56,405 bases of DNA from a virus (Duplodnaviria > Caudoviricetes): positions 1 through 56,405 of IMG/VR virus record IMGVR_UViG_3300048578_000331, one strand, 5' to 3'. How positions within the stretch are numbered: the stretch's first letter is position 1; each line of letters begins with the position of its first letter. The notes below the pieces were generated by a model that was not told where the DNA came from, did no database searches, and saw only the letters and a list, made by a program, of their open reading frames with translations. Of this stretch, positions 27,201 to 36,149 are shown piece by piece. A program made the position numbers and the translations under genes.

Positions 27201-28379
27201 TTAGGCTTTTACGGTCAGAGTGGTATTGCCGGTACGGACAACCTTTCCGTCCTTGTTCAGTTCCACCACGCGGATGTGATGGCCAGCAGTCTTTCCGGTC
27301 AGTTTGTCGCCGCTGGCAAAGGCAGTATAGCCCGTGGGCTTCTCGCCAAGCTTGGGTGCAGCGATTGCGCTGGCGTCGATCTTATAGGCCAGGGTATTGA
27401 CTGCATTGTTCCCGGTGACGGTGATGACGGTGTCGCCTGCCGTACCGCCAGATTCAGGGGCAGCAGACGCAACGCTGATGGCCCCTGCGGCGCCTGCATC
27501 AGCAGCCACAAACGCGATGGCATCAGCCTTGTTGGCAAGGATGAACACATCTTCAAACGATTCCTCGTAATAGACGTACTTGCCTTCGCTGGTGGCAGAC
27601 GGTTCGTCAAGCCTGGAGAACTGATAGCTTACAGGGGTGATGACCGCAAGGGGATGGATCAGCGCCATGCTGATCTGTTTTGCTGATGCGCCGACAGCCC
27701 AGCCGGTGGTGAAGTTGTATGCAGTCATCAACAGTTCCGGGGAAACCGATACGATCTGCACCTGATCCAGGGATGTTACAATGCGCGCGATGTTCGGATC
27801 GCCGTTATTGATGTTCCTGGTGACACCGGAAGCATTTTTCAGCAGCGTGGCCACGGCGGGGATCAAATACAGAATGCGGCCGGCAGTGGGTACACGCCTT
27901 TCATCCATTCGCTGCATCAGAGCATCAAAGGTGGTCAGGACGTTGTCTTTGGTGAGAGTAACGATGTCGGGCGCAAATTCCTCGGCCAACCATTCGGAAT
28001 ACACCTTGGAAATGGTGTAGGCATCCATTTCGGGGAACTTCTGCTCGTTGTTCATGGTCGTGGTGATGTTTTCGATGGTCGTCACCATGTTCGTCTGGTC
28101 AACGTCCATGGGGTGAACGAGCGTGCTCCATTTCCGCTGATTGACCAGCGTTTTTGGCACCCATGCATTGTCGTAGTTCCTGGACGCCTGGCTGATTGTG
28201 TCGCGGTTGGCGTTCACGCGGCCGCCCACGGAAATGCTGGGAATCTCAATCGTCTTGGAATTCGACCAGCGATACCGTCCGTTGTTGGGCGTGGAATACA
28301 AAGCGCCGAAATGCAGTACATACGGGAATTGCTGTTCCAAGGCCTGGCCGTAGTCGGTTGCATAGTTAAGAGCCGCCAT
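27201..28379 (-). CDS. Major capsid protein with C-terminal Ig-like extension
   Basis: LNYATDY...EQKFPEMDAY...YYEESFEDVFIL; beta-rich C-terminal domain. Confidence 0.88.
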   Translation of the reverse strand: MAALNYATDYGQALEQQFPYVLHFGALYSTPNNGRYRWSNSKTIEIPSISVGGRVNANRDTISQASRNYDNAWVPKTLVNQRKWSTLVHPMDVDQTNMVTTIENITTTMNNEQKFPEMDAYTISKVYSEWLAEEFAPDIVTLTKDNVLTTFDALMQRMDERRVPTAGRILYLIPAVATLLKNASGVTRNINNGDPNIARIVTSLDQVQIVSVSPELLMTAYNFTTGWAVGASAKQISMALIHPLAVITPVSYQFSRLDEPSATSEGKYVYYEESFEDVFILANKADAIAFVAADAGAAGAISVASAAPESGGTAGDTVITVTGNNAVNTLAYKIDASAIAAPKLGEKPTGYTAFASGDKLTGKTAGHHIRVVELNKDGKVVRTGNTTLTVKA

Positions 28380-28405
28380 GGCGATTCCTCCTTAATGTCT
28401 GGCAA

Positions 28406-29089
28406 CTATTTGTTGCCCTGGTTGTTGTTGGGCTGCGGGGGCTGCCGCACAAAGTTCAATCCGCCACCGGAGAAGAATGAGGCTTTTCCAGACGGATTTC
28501 CATCGGCGCCCTGATTGTTGGTGATCTGTTTGCTGAACTGTGGGGGCTGATGCTGAGCTCCCTGCGGCTGTTTCTGCTTGTTCGGATCGTCACCTTCCGG
28601 GTCCTTTTCCGGCTTGAAGGCGGCCGGGTCAGACTTCTTGAGTTCAGCGACGTAGCCATCAGCGCCGATAAACTTGCCGCCTTCGTATTTGAAGCCCTTG
28701 GTTTTGAAGTCAGCAACAGCAGCTTTCCGGGCCAGCTCAGATGCAAAGGGAACATCAGAGAAGAACTTCTGCGTTGCAAAGTCCAGGGATTGATCCGACA
28801 ACTTGGTTTCAAGCGCCTTGGTGTCGGTATCATACTTGCCTTGGAGTGTGGTCAGCTGCTTGTTCAGTTCTTCGCTGTTACCGGCTTGCTTTTTCAGTTC
28901 GGCAATGTCGGTGTCCCGCTGCTTGAGCTGATCCTTTGTACCCTGGAGTTCAATCTTGGAGGTGGTAAGCTCCTGCTCTTTGGCCGTGAGAGTGGTCTTT
29001 ACCGCCTCAACATCCTTGCCGTTCTCAGCCATGATGGTGTCGATCTGCTCTTTGGTCAGTCCCATGTCCTGGAGTACCTTGCGTTCCAT
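28406..29089 (-). CDS. Scaffolding protein (GP20 family)
   Basis: GLTKEQIDTIMAENGKDVE N-terminus, coiled coil. Confidence 0.88.
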   Translation of the reverse strand: MERKVLQDMGLTKEQIDTIMAENGKDVEAVKTTLTAKEQELTTSKIELQGTKDQLKQRDTDIAELKKQAGNSEELNKQLTTLQGKYDTDTKALETKLSDQSLDFATQKFFSDVPFASELARKAAVADFKTKGFKYEGGKFIGADGYVAELKKSDPAAFKPEKDPEGDDPNKQKQPQGAQHQPPQFSKQITNNQGADGNPSGKASFFSGGGLNFVRQPPQPNNNQGNK

Positions 29090-29111
29090 AATTGTATCTC
29101 CCTTCGAATTA

Positions 29112-29200
29112 CGCTTTTTTGTACGTGGTCAGCGCCACGTTCGGCACGGTTCTTTTACGTCTGCCGGGCCAAAGACATATTCAACGGCCAACACGGCCGA
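29112..29200 (-). ncRNA. Structured leader with two tandem pseudoknots upstream of the scaffold gene (GP20-motif-like cis element)
   Basis: ATGTCT/AGACGT with loop pairing to CCGTGCCGA; ACGTGG/CCACGT with loop CGCT pairing to AGCG. Confidence 0.55.
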
Positions 29201-29207
29201 CTGAACC

Positions 29208-29495
29208 TTATGTAGCAGGAGCAAGTGTATCTTCATCCGCACCCGGGACGATGAAGGGTTTCAAATTCTGTTCAGGCAGCGGAATGGTTGACACGCATAT
29301 GGGCGGCTGCGCCGTGCTGATGATGGACACGTACACCCTACGGGTCTGCTTGATGACTTCCAGTTCTTCATCCGAAAGCTCCCAGCAGCATTCGATAGCT
29401 GGAAGGCCATCATGCTCTGTTTTCCTGGCCGGAAGGTCCTGGTATGCAGGGTGAGTATAGGTTACATTCGACTGCTCCGTTTTGACAGGATTCAT
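29208..29495 (-). CDS. Phage hypothetical protein
   Basis: DLPA...IECCWELSDEELE...QPP motif. Confidence 0.7.
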   Translation of the reverse strand: MNPVKTEQSNVTYTHPAYQDLPARKTEHDGLPAIECCWELSDEELEVIKQTRRVYVSIISTAQPPICVSTIPLPEQNLKPFIVPGADEDTLAPAT

Positions 29496-29509
29496 ATTCC
29501 CTCCTCATG

Positions 29510-29866
29510 TTAAGGGGCAGTTTGGTCGAACTGCCTCTCTGCATTGACTATTACTTCTGCAAGGTGGTAGAACTTCATAGATACGAAATCACAAACCTGT
29601 TCGTCTGTGTATTCATAATTGCCTTTCATGCTGCATTCTTGAAGGAATGCGTGTGTGATTTCATGCCGTAGTGTTTCTTTCATTATGGCAGATAGGTTTT
29701 GCTGAGCGTTTTCCGATTTATCATCCCTGATCTCAAGCAACCCTATCTCATGTACTGATGAATCACAATATCCGGCAAGCCCTTTCAAGCATGATGGCAT
29801 TTCATCAGAATGGCCAGCCTTCACACTGTAAGGCTGGCCACATATGGTTACGGTGAATTGGTTCAT
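29510..29866 (-). CDS. Small HExxH zinc-metallopeptidase-like protein
   Basis: TLRHEITHAFLQE. Confidence 0.7.
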   Translation of the reverse strand: MNQFTVTICGQPYSVKAGHSDEMPSCLKGLAGYCDSSVHEIGLLEIRDDKSENAQQNLSAIMKETLRHEITHAFLQECSMKGNYEYTDEQVCDFVSMKFYHLAEVIVNAERQFDQTAP

Positions 29867-30033
29867 CGCATTCTCCTTATCCATATCTGAATGAACCCTA
29901 AAGTCTCATGGCAGCTATGGCACCACATATGCTTTATATGGCCGTTCGGGGTTTTCTTACCATGCTTTTGTGCTTGTGTATATGAGCTGCATGTTGGGCA
30001 GATGAACCCGCGCATGAATACGGGCTTATTCAT
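29863..30033 (-). CDS. 56-aa zinc-ribbon protein (L33-like); absent from the ORF track
   Basis: FICPTC...GHIKHMWCHSC; overlaps both neighbours; RBS AGGAGG. Confidence 0.65.
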   Translation of the reverse strand: MNKPVFMRGFICPTCSSYTQAQKHGKKTPNGHIKHMWCHSCHETLGFIQIWIRRMR

Positions 30034-31225
30034 TGGCGATTCGCCTCCTGTTGGCCCATACCGCCTTGCTGCTTGTGGAGCGGCCGAAATCCGCTACCTG
30101 CTCCCGTTCCGCTTCCCTTACCCGGCCTGTTCTATGTAGGAAGTCCTTGAGAGCAGCTTCTCGCCTTTTCAGCAGGACGGATGCAGATTGAAAATCTTCC
30201 TTCAGGGAGGCCTCAAGTTCTTCATTTGGAGCCGATTGCATGGCTGCATCCAAAGTGGCGCATTCACGCTTGCTGGAGCGAATTGCACGTTCATATGCCC
30301 TCTGCCGCTGGCTCTCCTCATACATTTCATCGTTGTCACGTCCGGAATTATCGCTGGATGGATCATGGACAAAAGAACGAGTAGAAAGACCGCGATAGAA
30401 AGGATAAAAGCTATGGTAGCAGTTCCAGCCGCAAAGGCCTTCGCCTGTCCCATAGCCCGTTTCGTCATAGAAATTTCCGTAATCACCACTCCTTCCAGAC
30501 ATGCTATAGACTTTACCCTGCCATACAGCGTGTGTGGGGCGTGCCCCTGCATGGCTTGTAACTTCCGCAAGCTCTGTCCCCATATCTTGCATGCGCGCTA
30601 TTTGAAGCTGCGCAGTGGTTTGGTTCAATCCGGTTATGAGTGACCGCCTGGCGGCTGATTCCAAATGCTCTTCACCACCGGCAGGGAAGCCAACTTCGGT
30701 GATCCCCTTCTTAGCCAGATCCTTGACTACCTGGCGGGCGGCCTGGTTGAAGCTGAATGCGCCTGACATGACCTGCATATAGGCTCTGTCAAGCGAATTG
30801 ACGAAAGCATTATAAGCTGTACGCCCAGTGGTGCTTGTGAAATTGACCATGAGGCCGTTTGTCTTCATGATTCCGGCCTCTATGACTTGCTTAAGCGCCA
30901 TGGACATATTGATGGGAGTAGGGGAAAGACCTGCCAACACATGAATGCTATCGTCATATTCAAGAGATTTGCTGCATGCTTCTGATACCAGCTTACGAAT
31001 CTTGCTTTTCGTTCCTGTGCCTGCGTATTTGGAAAGTGCTTCCGTAATGTCTTTTTGGAACATTCCCAGTTCCCGAAGCTTTTGAATCTGCCATTCAGCA
31101 GTTTCGGTGAGGTGTTTTTCAGTCATGAGCCGGCGAGCGATATCAGCTGTAATATCCTGCTCAAGCTGCGAGAACAAGGTAACCATTGGTTCAGCAGCTG
31201 TCATGAGGTAACTTGGAGTCAGCAT
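30026..31225 (-). CDS. Phage minor capsid protein
   Basis: MLTPSYL, SHAGARPTH..WQGKVY and GLCGWNCYHSF. Confidence 0.88.
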   Translation of the reverse strand: MLTPSYLMTAAEPMVTLFSQLEQDITADIARRLMTEKHLTETAEWQIQKLRELGMFQKDITEALSKYAGTGTKSKIRKLVSEACSKSLEYDDSIHVLAGLSPTPINMSMALKQVIEAGIMKTNGLMVNFTSTTGRTAYNAFVNSLDRAYMQVMSGAFSFNQAARQVVKDLAKKGITEVGFPAGGEEHLESAARRSLITGLNQTTAQLQIARMQDMGTELAEVTSHAGARPTHAVWQGKVYSMSGRSGDYGNFYDETGYGTGEGLCGWNCYHSFYPFYRGLSTRSFVHDPSSDNSGRDNDEMYEESQRQRAYERAIRSSKRECATLDAAMQSAPNEELEASLKEDFQSASVLLKRREAALKDFLHRTGRVREAEREQVADFGRSTSSKAVWANRRRIANE

Positions 31226-31238
31226 AACCTATCTCCCC

Positions 31239-32696
31239 TTATTCTTCCTCCTTCTCAGAGCCGACGTCCTCTTCTTTGTCCTTCTTTTTGTCAAAGCCCA
31301 TAAGCTCATCGTCTGTCATGCCTGAACCTTCTGAAAGGCGCCTTTTTGCCTTGGCTTCATCCTCACCATACCATTTAACACGGAATTCCCAAGGAAGCAT
31401 GACGCCTTGGGCTACTTCCTGCATGTCGCGCATGCGCTCGACTTCCGTGTCGGTGACTATGCTGTCATCCCATTTGTACTCCGTTGTGTAGGTGCCAGCA
31501 GATGAGAGTTTATACAGCGTGGCCAGAATGTCCATGGCCTTCACCAATGCATTGATGGCCTTCTGCAAAGCCATCTGAATTGATGTGACGGTGGCGTAAG
31601 TGCGCTGCTTCGACATTTTGAGCTGCGTAGCGGTCATGGCTTCCACGTTCGGATCGGAGTAAGTTCCTCTGGCCAATCCGCAAAGGTCTTCAATCCGCAT
31701 GAGCAAATTGTTCAGGCCTTTCAGGTAATTCGAATCGCGCAGCGCAGGGGAAAATGTCTTCATGAGCGTTTCGGCTGTAGCATTCTTGGGGTCAAGCTTG
31801 TTCGGTCGGAAAAGGCGTTCCTTCCCAACCGGCAGTACAGGTTTGCCACGCTTGTCTAGGCTAAAGACATCTTCGCTTGCATCGATGGCGAGTTCGCCAC
31901 CTTCGTATTCCCAGCATAGGCGTTGAAACTGAAGGTCTGCTTCTTTGATCAGATCTTCTGCTCTTGCGTATACCGATACACCCAATGGGCTCTTCGTATC
32001 GATGGTGTTCCCCAATGGGATTTTGAAGTAAGCAAACAGTGGCGCGTCAAGGTTGTCGATTGAGACCTCAGGCTGAATGGAAGCCCATTCCGCGATGTTC
32101 GCAAGCGCGATTTCTTCACCAATAGAATCCTTCATCATGCTCTTGAACGCCTTATTGGATATGACATATTTCCTGTCATTGGTGAATGAGTGCTGCTCAA
32201 TCCGCGTGTAGTAGGTATTGCCTACAACCATCCGTTCCAAGAACAACGCGCCGGTGATTTCCCCTCTGCTGTTGAACGCCGTGGGGTAAAAGTCATCGGC
32301 TTGGACGTAATCAATGGCTATCTCCGTGCCATCCACATAGGGCTTGAACACAATGCCGCCCTGAGCACAGGCATATTCCGTATTCTTCTGCACGCTTTCC
32401 CGGAATGGGTCAAGCATTGTGTTCAAATACTCCGCTCTTGCTGATCCGAAAACTTTGACCTGCATTTCGAGCGTGACCAGTGTGGAGATTTCTGCAGCAA
32501 TGGCAGATGGCAGTTTGAGGCTTTTCTTATCATGCGCGAGCCATGGGGAGCAGTTGATATACATTTTCATCCACCGCTCTATGGCCTGTACCATGATGTC
32601 AGTAACAGCCACGCCCGGGAAATACTTTGTGATCTTATCAATACCGAACATTTTCGCCGCCACCTGCCTTAACCAATCTATGAGCTTATGGAACAT
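31239..32696 (-). CDS. Portal protein (A118-like)
   Basis: SPLGVSVY, TATQ and WDDSIVTD motifs. Confidence 0.9.
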   Translation of the reverse strand: MFHKLIDWLRQVAAKMFGIDKITKYFPGVAVTDIMVQAIERWMKMYINCSPWLAHDKKSLKLPSAIAAEISTLVTLEMQVKVFGSARAEYLNTMLDPFRESVQKNTEYACAQGGIVFKPYVDGTEIAIDYVQADDFYPTAFNSRGEITGALFLERMVVGNTYYTRIEQHSFTNDRKYVISNKAFKSMMKDSIGEEIALANIAEWASIQPEVSIDNLDAPLFAYFKIPLGNTIDTKSPLGVSVYARAEDLIKEADLQFQRLCWEYEGGELAIDASEDVFSLDKRGKPVLPVGKERLFRPNKLDPKNATAETLMKTFSPALRDSNYLKGLNNLLMRIEDLCGLARGTYSDPNVEAMTATQLKMSKQRTYATVTSIQMALQKAINALVKAMDILATLYKLSSAGTYTTEYKWDDSIVTDTEVERMRDMQEVAQGVMLPWEFRVKWYGEDEAKAKRRLSEGSGMTDDELMGFDKKKDKEEDVGSEKEEE

Positions 32697-34728
32697 CTTT
32701 ACGTCCCTCCTGGTTGGCTTCCATGAACCGCCTTGCATCACGTTCGATGGTAGCCTCGAATGCCTCCAAAGTACCTGTGTCTATGCCGGTTCCTGTAAGG
32801 CGTGTATCCACATCCCTCTTGGAATCCCATTGTGTATTGAGAAGGGCTTCTGCGAATATGCCAGCTGATGGACCTATACGCAACCGCTTTCCGTCCAATA
32901 GGCCGTTCGTCAGGCGGATTCGTGCAATTTCCGGGGATCCCTGAGCAGCACGCAATTGAACAGGGATACTGTTTTCCTGTATGGATGCCCGTATAGCCCT
33001 GTACAATACGGTGTCATCGTCCGGCGTCACATAGTAGGTGTAAGTGATGGGGCAGTATTCTTTGTCTATATGGGCCGTAAAAGCAGCAAAGAGCGAGGAT
33101 ATTGATGAGGCTGGAGAATCACCGCTATAACGCTCTGCATGCAGCACTATTACGCTGTCGTATTGGATTGACATAGCAGTGGCAACAAGGCTTGTACCGC
33201 CCATAGTACCGCCGAGGTAGATACCAACATTCACAAGGTACCCGCCATCCTTCAGCTTTGCCTTGATGGTTTCACTGTCGATGGCATAGGCTGCCGGGTC
33301 CGATGCATATGCTCGGTAGATCAGGCCGCCGACTGTTCCCAGGAGCTTATCAAGGTAAAGGATGCCTTGGGTCGTCGCGTCGACTGTATCCTTGAACTCG
33401 CCGTTCGGGAATGATACCAGGTCGTTGATAAAGTCGTGCTTCCATTGGGCTTCCTCTGGCAAAAAGATGTTTCCTGCTTCGAAGTAGGGAGATACGGCTC
33501 TGGCCCTGTCCTCCTTGCTACCCTGAGGATTGAACGGGACAATGCCTGAAACACGATCTTTGAGAGTGTTGATGACAGCCGGGCCGTTGGCCTTGTCCTC
33601 AACCACTTTCGCGCGTGCTTTCGGATGCTTTGCTGACATGGTGAGCATCGCCGTGATGTTCTCAGTAAACTCCATCTTTTCATTGAGAACATCAACAAAG
33701 TAGTAATTGGCGCCGCTTCGTGCAATGGCAATGCCCGCGCATTTTGCGGAAGATTCCGTATTCTTGAAAGGCAAGTCCCAGGAAAGAATGAGCGTTGCAT
33801 CATCCGGAAGCTTCTTGTAGGTTTTGTTCATCCACTCACGCTTGAAGATGCTGCCGCCTGCCGGTGTGGGCTTCTGCTGGTAGAGGGATGACCAGGCATA
33901 GGAACCAACCGTTTTCTTGGTCCTTTGGGCCCATACTTCATCGAATCCGTATTCCGGCCATAATGCTTGACCAATCTTCCGACCCAGTAAATCATTTTCA
34001 CTGTCGCATATGCACGAAAGAGATATGACGCGCCAGTTTTCAGGTTCGCCCTCATCTGGCTTAAGAAGCTTAGCAACAAGGTCAGCTTCATGCCAGCGTG
34101 TAAGGATTATGATGATCGCTGCGCCCGGTTGAAGTCGTGGATAGAGAGTGCTTTGCCATTCACGCATGATCATTGCGCGTGTTGCTTCTGATTCTGCATC
34201 CTCACGATTTTTGATGGGGTCATCAATTATGAGAAGGTCAGCGCCTTTACCGGTGATACCGCCGCCAATACCTACAGAGAGCATACCGCCCTGGTGGTAT
34301 TCGATGTTCCAGTCGGTCTTTGTGGCCTGCACGCTGGACAATTCGATACCGAATATGGGAGAGCCAAATTCAGCAACTTTGTCACGATTCGAAACACCAA
34401 ATTCAGTGGCAAGATCGCTGCCGTAGCTTACTTCGATGACTCTCTTATCAGGGAACTTTCCGAGGAAATAGCTTGGAAAAGTCTTTGTAACGCTCATGGA
34501 TTTTCCATGGCGTGGCGGCAAAAAAATCATCAGCCGCTTTGTATCGCCGCTGATGACTTTTTCCAGCTCTGAGCATATGAGGTCAAGATGTCTGGCTCTT
34601 TGCCATCTGCCGTGATGCACAAGCTGGACGTAATCGACATAATGCTTTCTCGCCAGCTCATATTTTGCAGCCTGAGCAATGGCCTGCAGTGTGGCAGGCG
34701 AGTAGCCGGCCTTATTTGCCCGGCTCAT
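32686..34728 (-). CDS. terL: Terminase large subunit with an extra C-terminal domain
   Basis: LPPRHGKS (Walker A), LLIIDDP (Walker B), SWD/EDKANG/DTVDA nuclease motifs, then about 215 extra aa. Confidence 0.9.
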   Translation of the reverse strand: MSRANKAGYSPATLQAIAQAAKYELARKHYVDYVQLVHHGRWQRARHLDLICSELEKVISGDTKRLMIFLPPRHGKSMSVTKTFPSYFLGKFPDKRVIEVSYGSDLATEFGVSNRDKVAEFGSPIFGIELSSVQATKTDWNIEYHQGGMLSVGIGGGITGKGADLLIIDDPIKNREDAESEATRAMIMREWQSTLYPRLQPGAAIIIILTRWHEADLVAKLLKPDEGEPENWRVISLSCICDSENDLLGRKIGQALWPEYGFDEVWAQRTKKTVGSYAWSSLYQQKPTPAGGSIFKREWMNKTYKKLPDDATLILSWDLPFKNTESSAKCAGIAIARSGANYYFVDVLNEKMEFTENITAMLTMSAKHPKARAKVVEDKANGPAVINTLKDRVSGIVPFNPQGSKEDRARAVSPYFEAGNIFLPEEAQWKHDFINDLVSFPNGEFKDTVDATTQGILYLDKLLGTVGGLIYRAYASDPAAYAIDSETIKAKLKDGGYLVNVGIYLGGTMGGTSLVATAMSIQYDSVIVLHAERYSGDSPASSISSLFAAFTAHIDKEYCPITYTYYVTPDDDTVLYRAIRASIQENSIPVQLRAAQGSPEIARIRLTNGLLDGKRLRIGPSAGIFAEALLNTQWDSKRDVDTRLTGTGIDTGTLEAFEATIERDARRFMEANQEGRKDVP

Positions 34729-35269
34729 CAGGCGGCACAAGCGCGGCAAGTTGTCTGAGCTCTTCTTCAGACATCTTGCTTAGGTCGGGACCAAAGCCAG
34801 TGCCTTTGATGTTGACATTCTGGCTCTGCGACCATTCACCGCTTTGCTTGCTTCTGTTATTGAGCCAGTACATAAGGGCCATAACGTCCGGTGGAACGCG
34901 CTTGGTGACGGTCCTGATCTTGACGGGCTTGATCGTACCGTCTGTGGCCATTTCGACGATGCGTTCTTCTTCGTTGTATTCAAAGCCCATGCAACGTTCG
35001 TAAAGCTTCCGCTCAGCCCTTGCGTCAGATGGTTCTTTCCCAGCTGTTACGGCCTCGCCAAAGGATGTCAAGACTTTTACCGGTTTACCATCCTTATCTT
35101 TTATCGGTTTACCGTCCTTATCCTCAACGATTTTGTACATCCACCGTATGAAGGTTCTCAAACCTATGCCCATAGCCTGGGCCATTTCCTCATTTGTAGC
35201 ACCTTTGATGGCCAGTGACCAGGCCCAGTCATCGTGATAATCCTTGTTGTATTTGGTGAGTGGAGCCAC
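34712..35269 (-). CDS. terS: Terminase small subunit, GTG start
   Basis: HTH (GATNEEMAQAMGIG), VPPDVMALMYWLNNR, DLSKMSEEEL. Confidence 0.8.
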   Translation of the reverse strand: MAPLTKYNKDYHDDWAWSLAIKGATNEEMAQAMGIGLRTFIRWMYKIVEDKDGKPIKDKDGKPVKVLTSFGEAVTAGKEPSDARAERKLYERCMGFEYNEEERIVEMATDGTIKPVKIRTVTKRVPPDVMALMYWLNNRSKQSGEWSQSQNVNIKGTGFGPDLSKMSEEELRQLAALVPPDEPGK

Positions 35270-35270
35270 A

Positions 35271-36149
35271 TCATTCACCTGCCAAATAGTCTGCGGCGAG
35301 GAATTCAAGGCCCTGCCACAGATTCTTGCTGGAAATGTCCTTTGTTCCGGCCATCTTCTCAAGGGCTTGTTTAATGACCTTTGCGCTGGATGCAGGAATC
35401 TTTCTCCGACCGATAACCGTTTCTATCGGGATCCACTTGGAATCATCCTCAGAATTCTCCCATGCCTCCGACAGCTGGGATAAGTTGCGTTCGAACACCT
35501 TGAGGATGATATCAACAGCGGTCGCAACGTTCTTCACGTTATGGGCAGAAGAAGCGGTTTCCTGAGCATCAAGCCATCGCTCATATTCATCCATCCGAGC
35601 AAGCCAAACGATGTTGGAGTGCTTCACAGTATCGATGGCAGTTTTTATGGCCGTTTGGGCGGCGCTTAATTCGTCTGGAAGGAAAACCATGCTCAAGGTT
35701 TGGAAGGTTAGGTTTGCTTCGCTGATGCTGGCAGCTGAGAACTTTTCAAGCAATTCAAGCGTCCTGTCATCGAGGCCGGAATACTTTTTCAGCTCCGCAT
35801 CGAAAATCTGCTCATATAGCAGCTTGAGGGTAGCAGGATCATCCTGGCCGGCAATCGCGTTATGCGAAAGCTGAATGGCAACCTTCTGTTCCTCCGATAG
35901 CTTATCGTCAGTGGCAAGGCACGTGATCAGTGGCAAGCCAGCTTCGATTGACGCTTTTGTCCGATGATTGCCCGAAAGGCATCTGTACCTGCCGCTTTCC
36001 TCTTTGCACAAAAAGGGAGTGGATGTCAGCTTGCCGTCTCTCCGGATGTTATCGACCAGGCGCATGAATTCCTCATGCTTCATATACCTGGCGTTCGTCT
36101 CGAGCAGCAGGATTTCGCGAGGATCTATCTCAATCACATAGACGTTCAT
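35271..36149 (-). CDS. ParB/Srx N-terminal domain protein
   Basis: NARYM...LVDNIRRDG...LSGNHRTKA. Confidence 0.82.
   Translation of the reverse strand: MNVYVIEIDPREILLLETNARYMKHEEFMRLVDNIRRDGKLTSTPFLCKEESGRYRCLSGNHRTKASIEAGLPLITCLATDDKLSEEQKVAIQLSHNAIAGQDDPATLKLLYEQIFDAELKKYSGLDDRTLELLEKFSAASISEANLTFQTLSMVFLPDELSAAQTAIKTAIDTVKHSNIVWLARMDEYERWLDAQETASSAHNVKNVATAVDIILKVFERNLSQLSEAWENSEDDSKWIPIETVIGRRKIPASSAKVIKQALEKMAGTKDISSKNLWQGLEFLAADYLAGE

Noticed and set aside
35075-35125. DKDGKP tandem repeat in TerS
   Set aside because: Short in-frame loop duplication with no further implication
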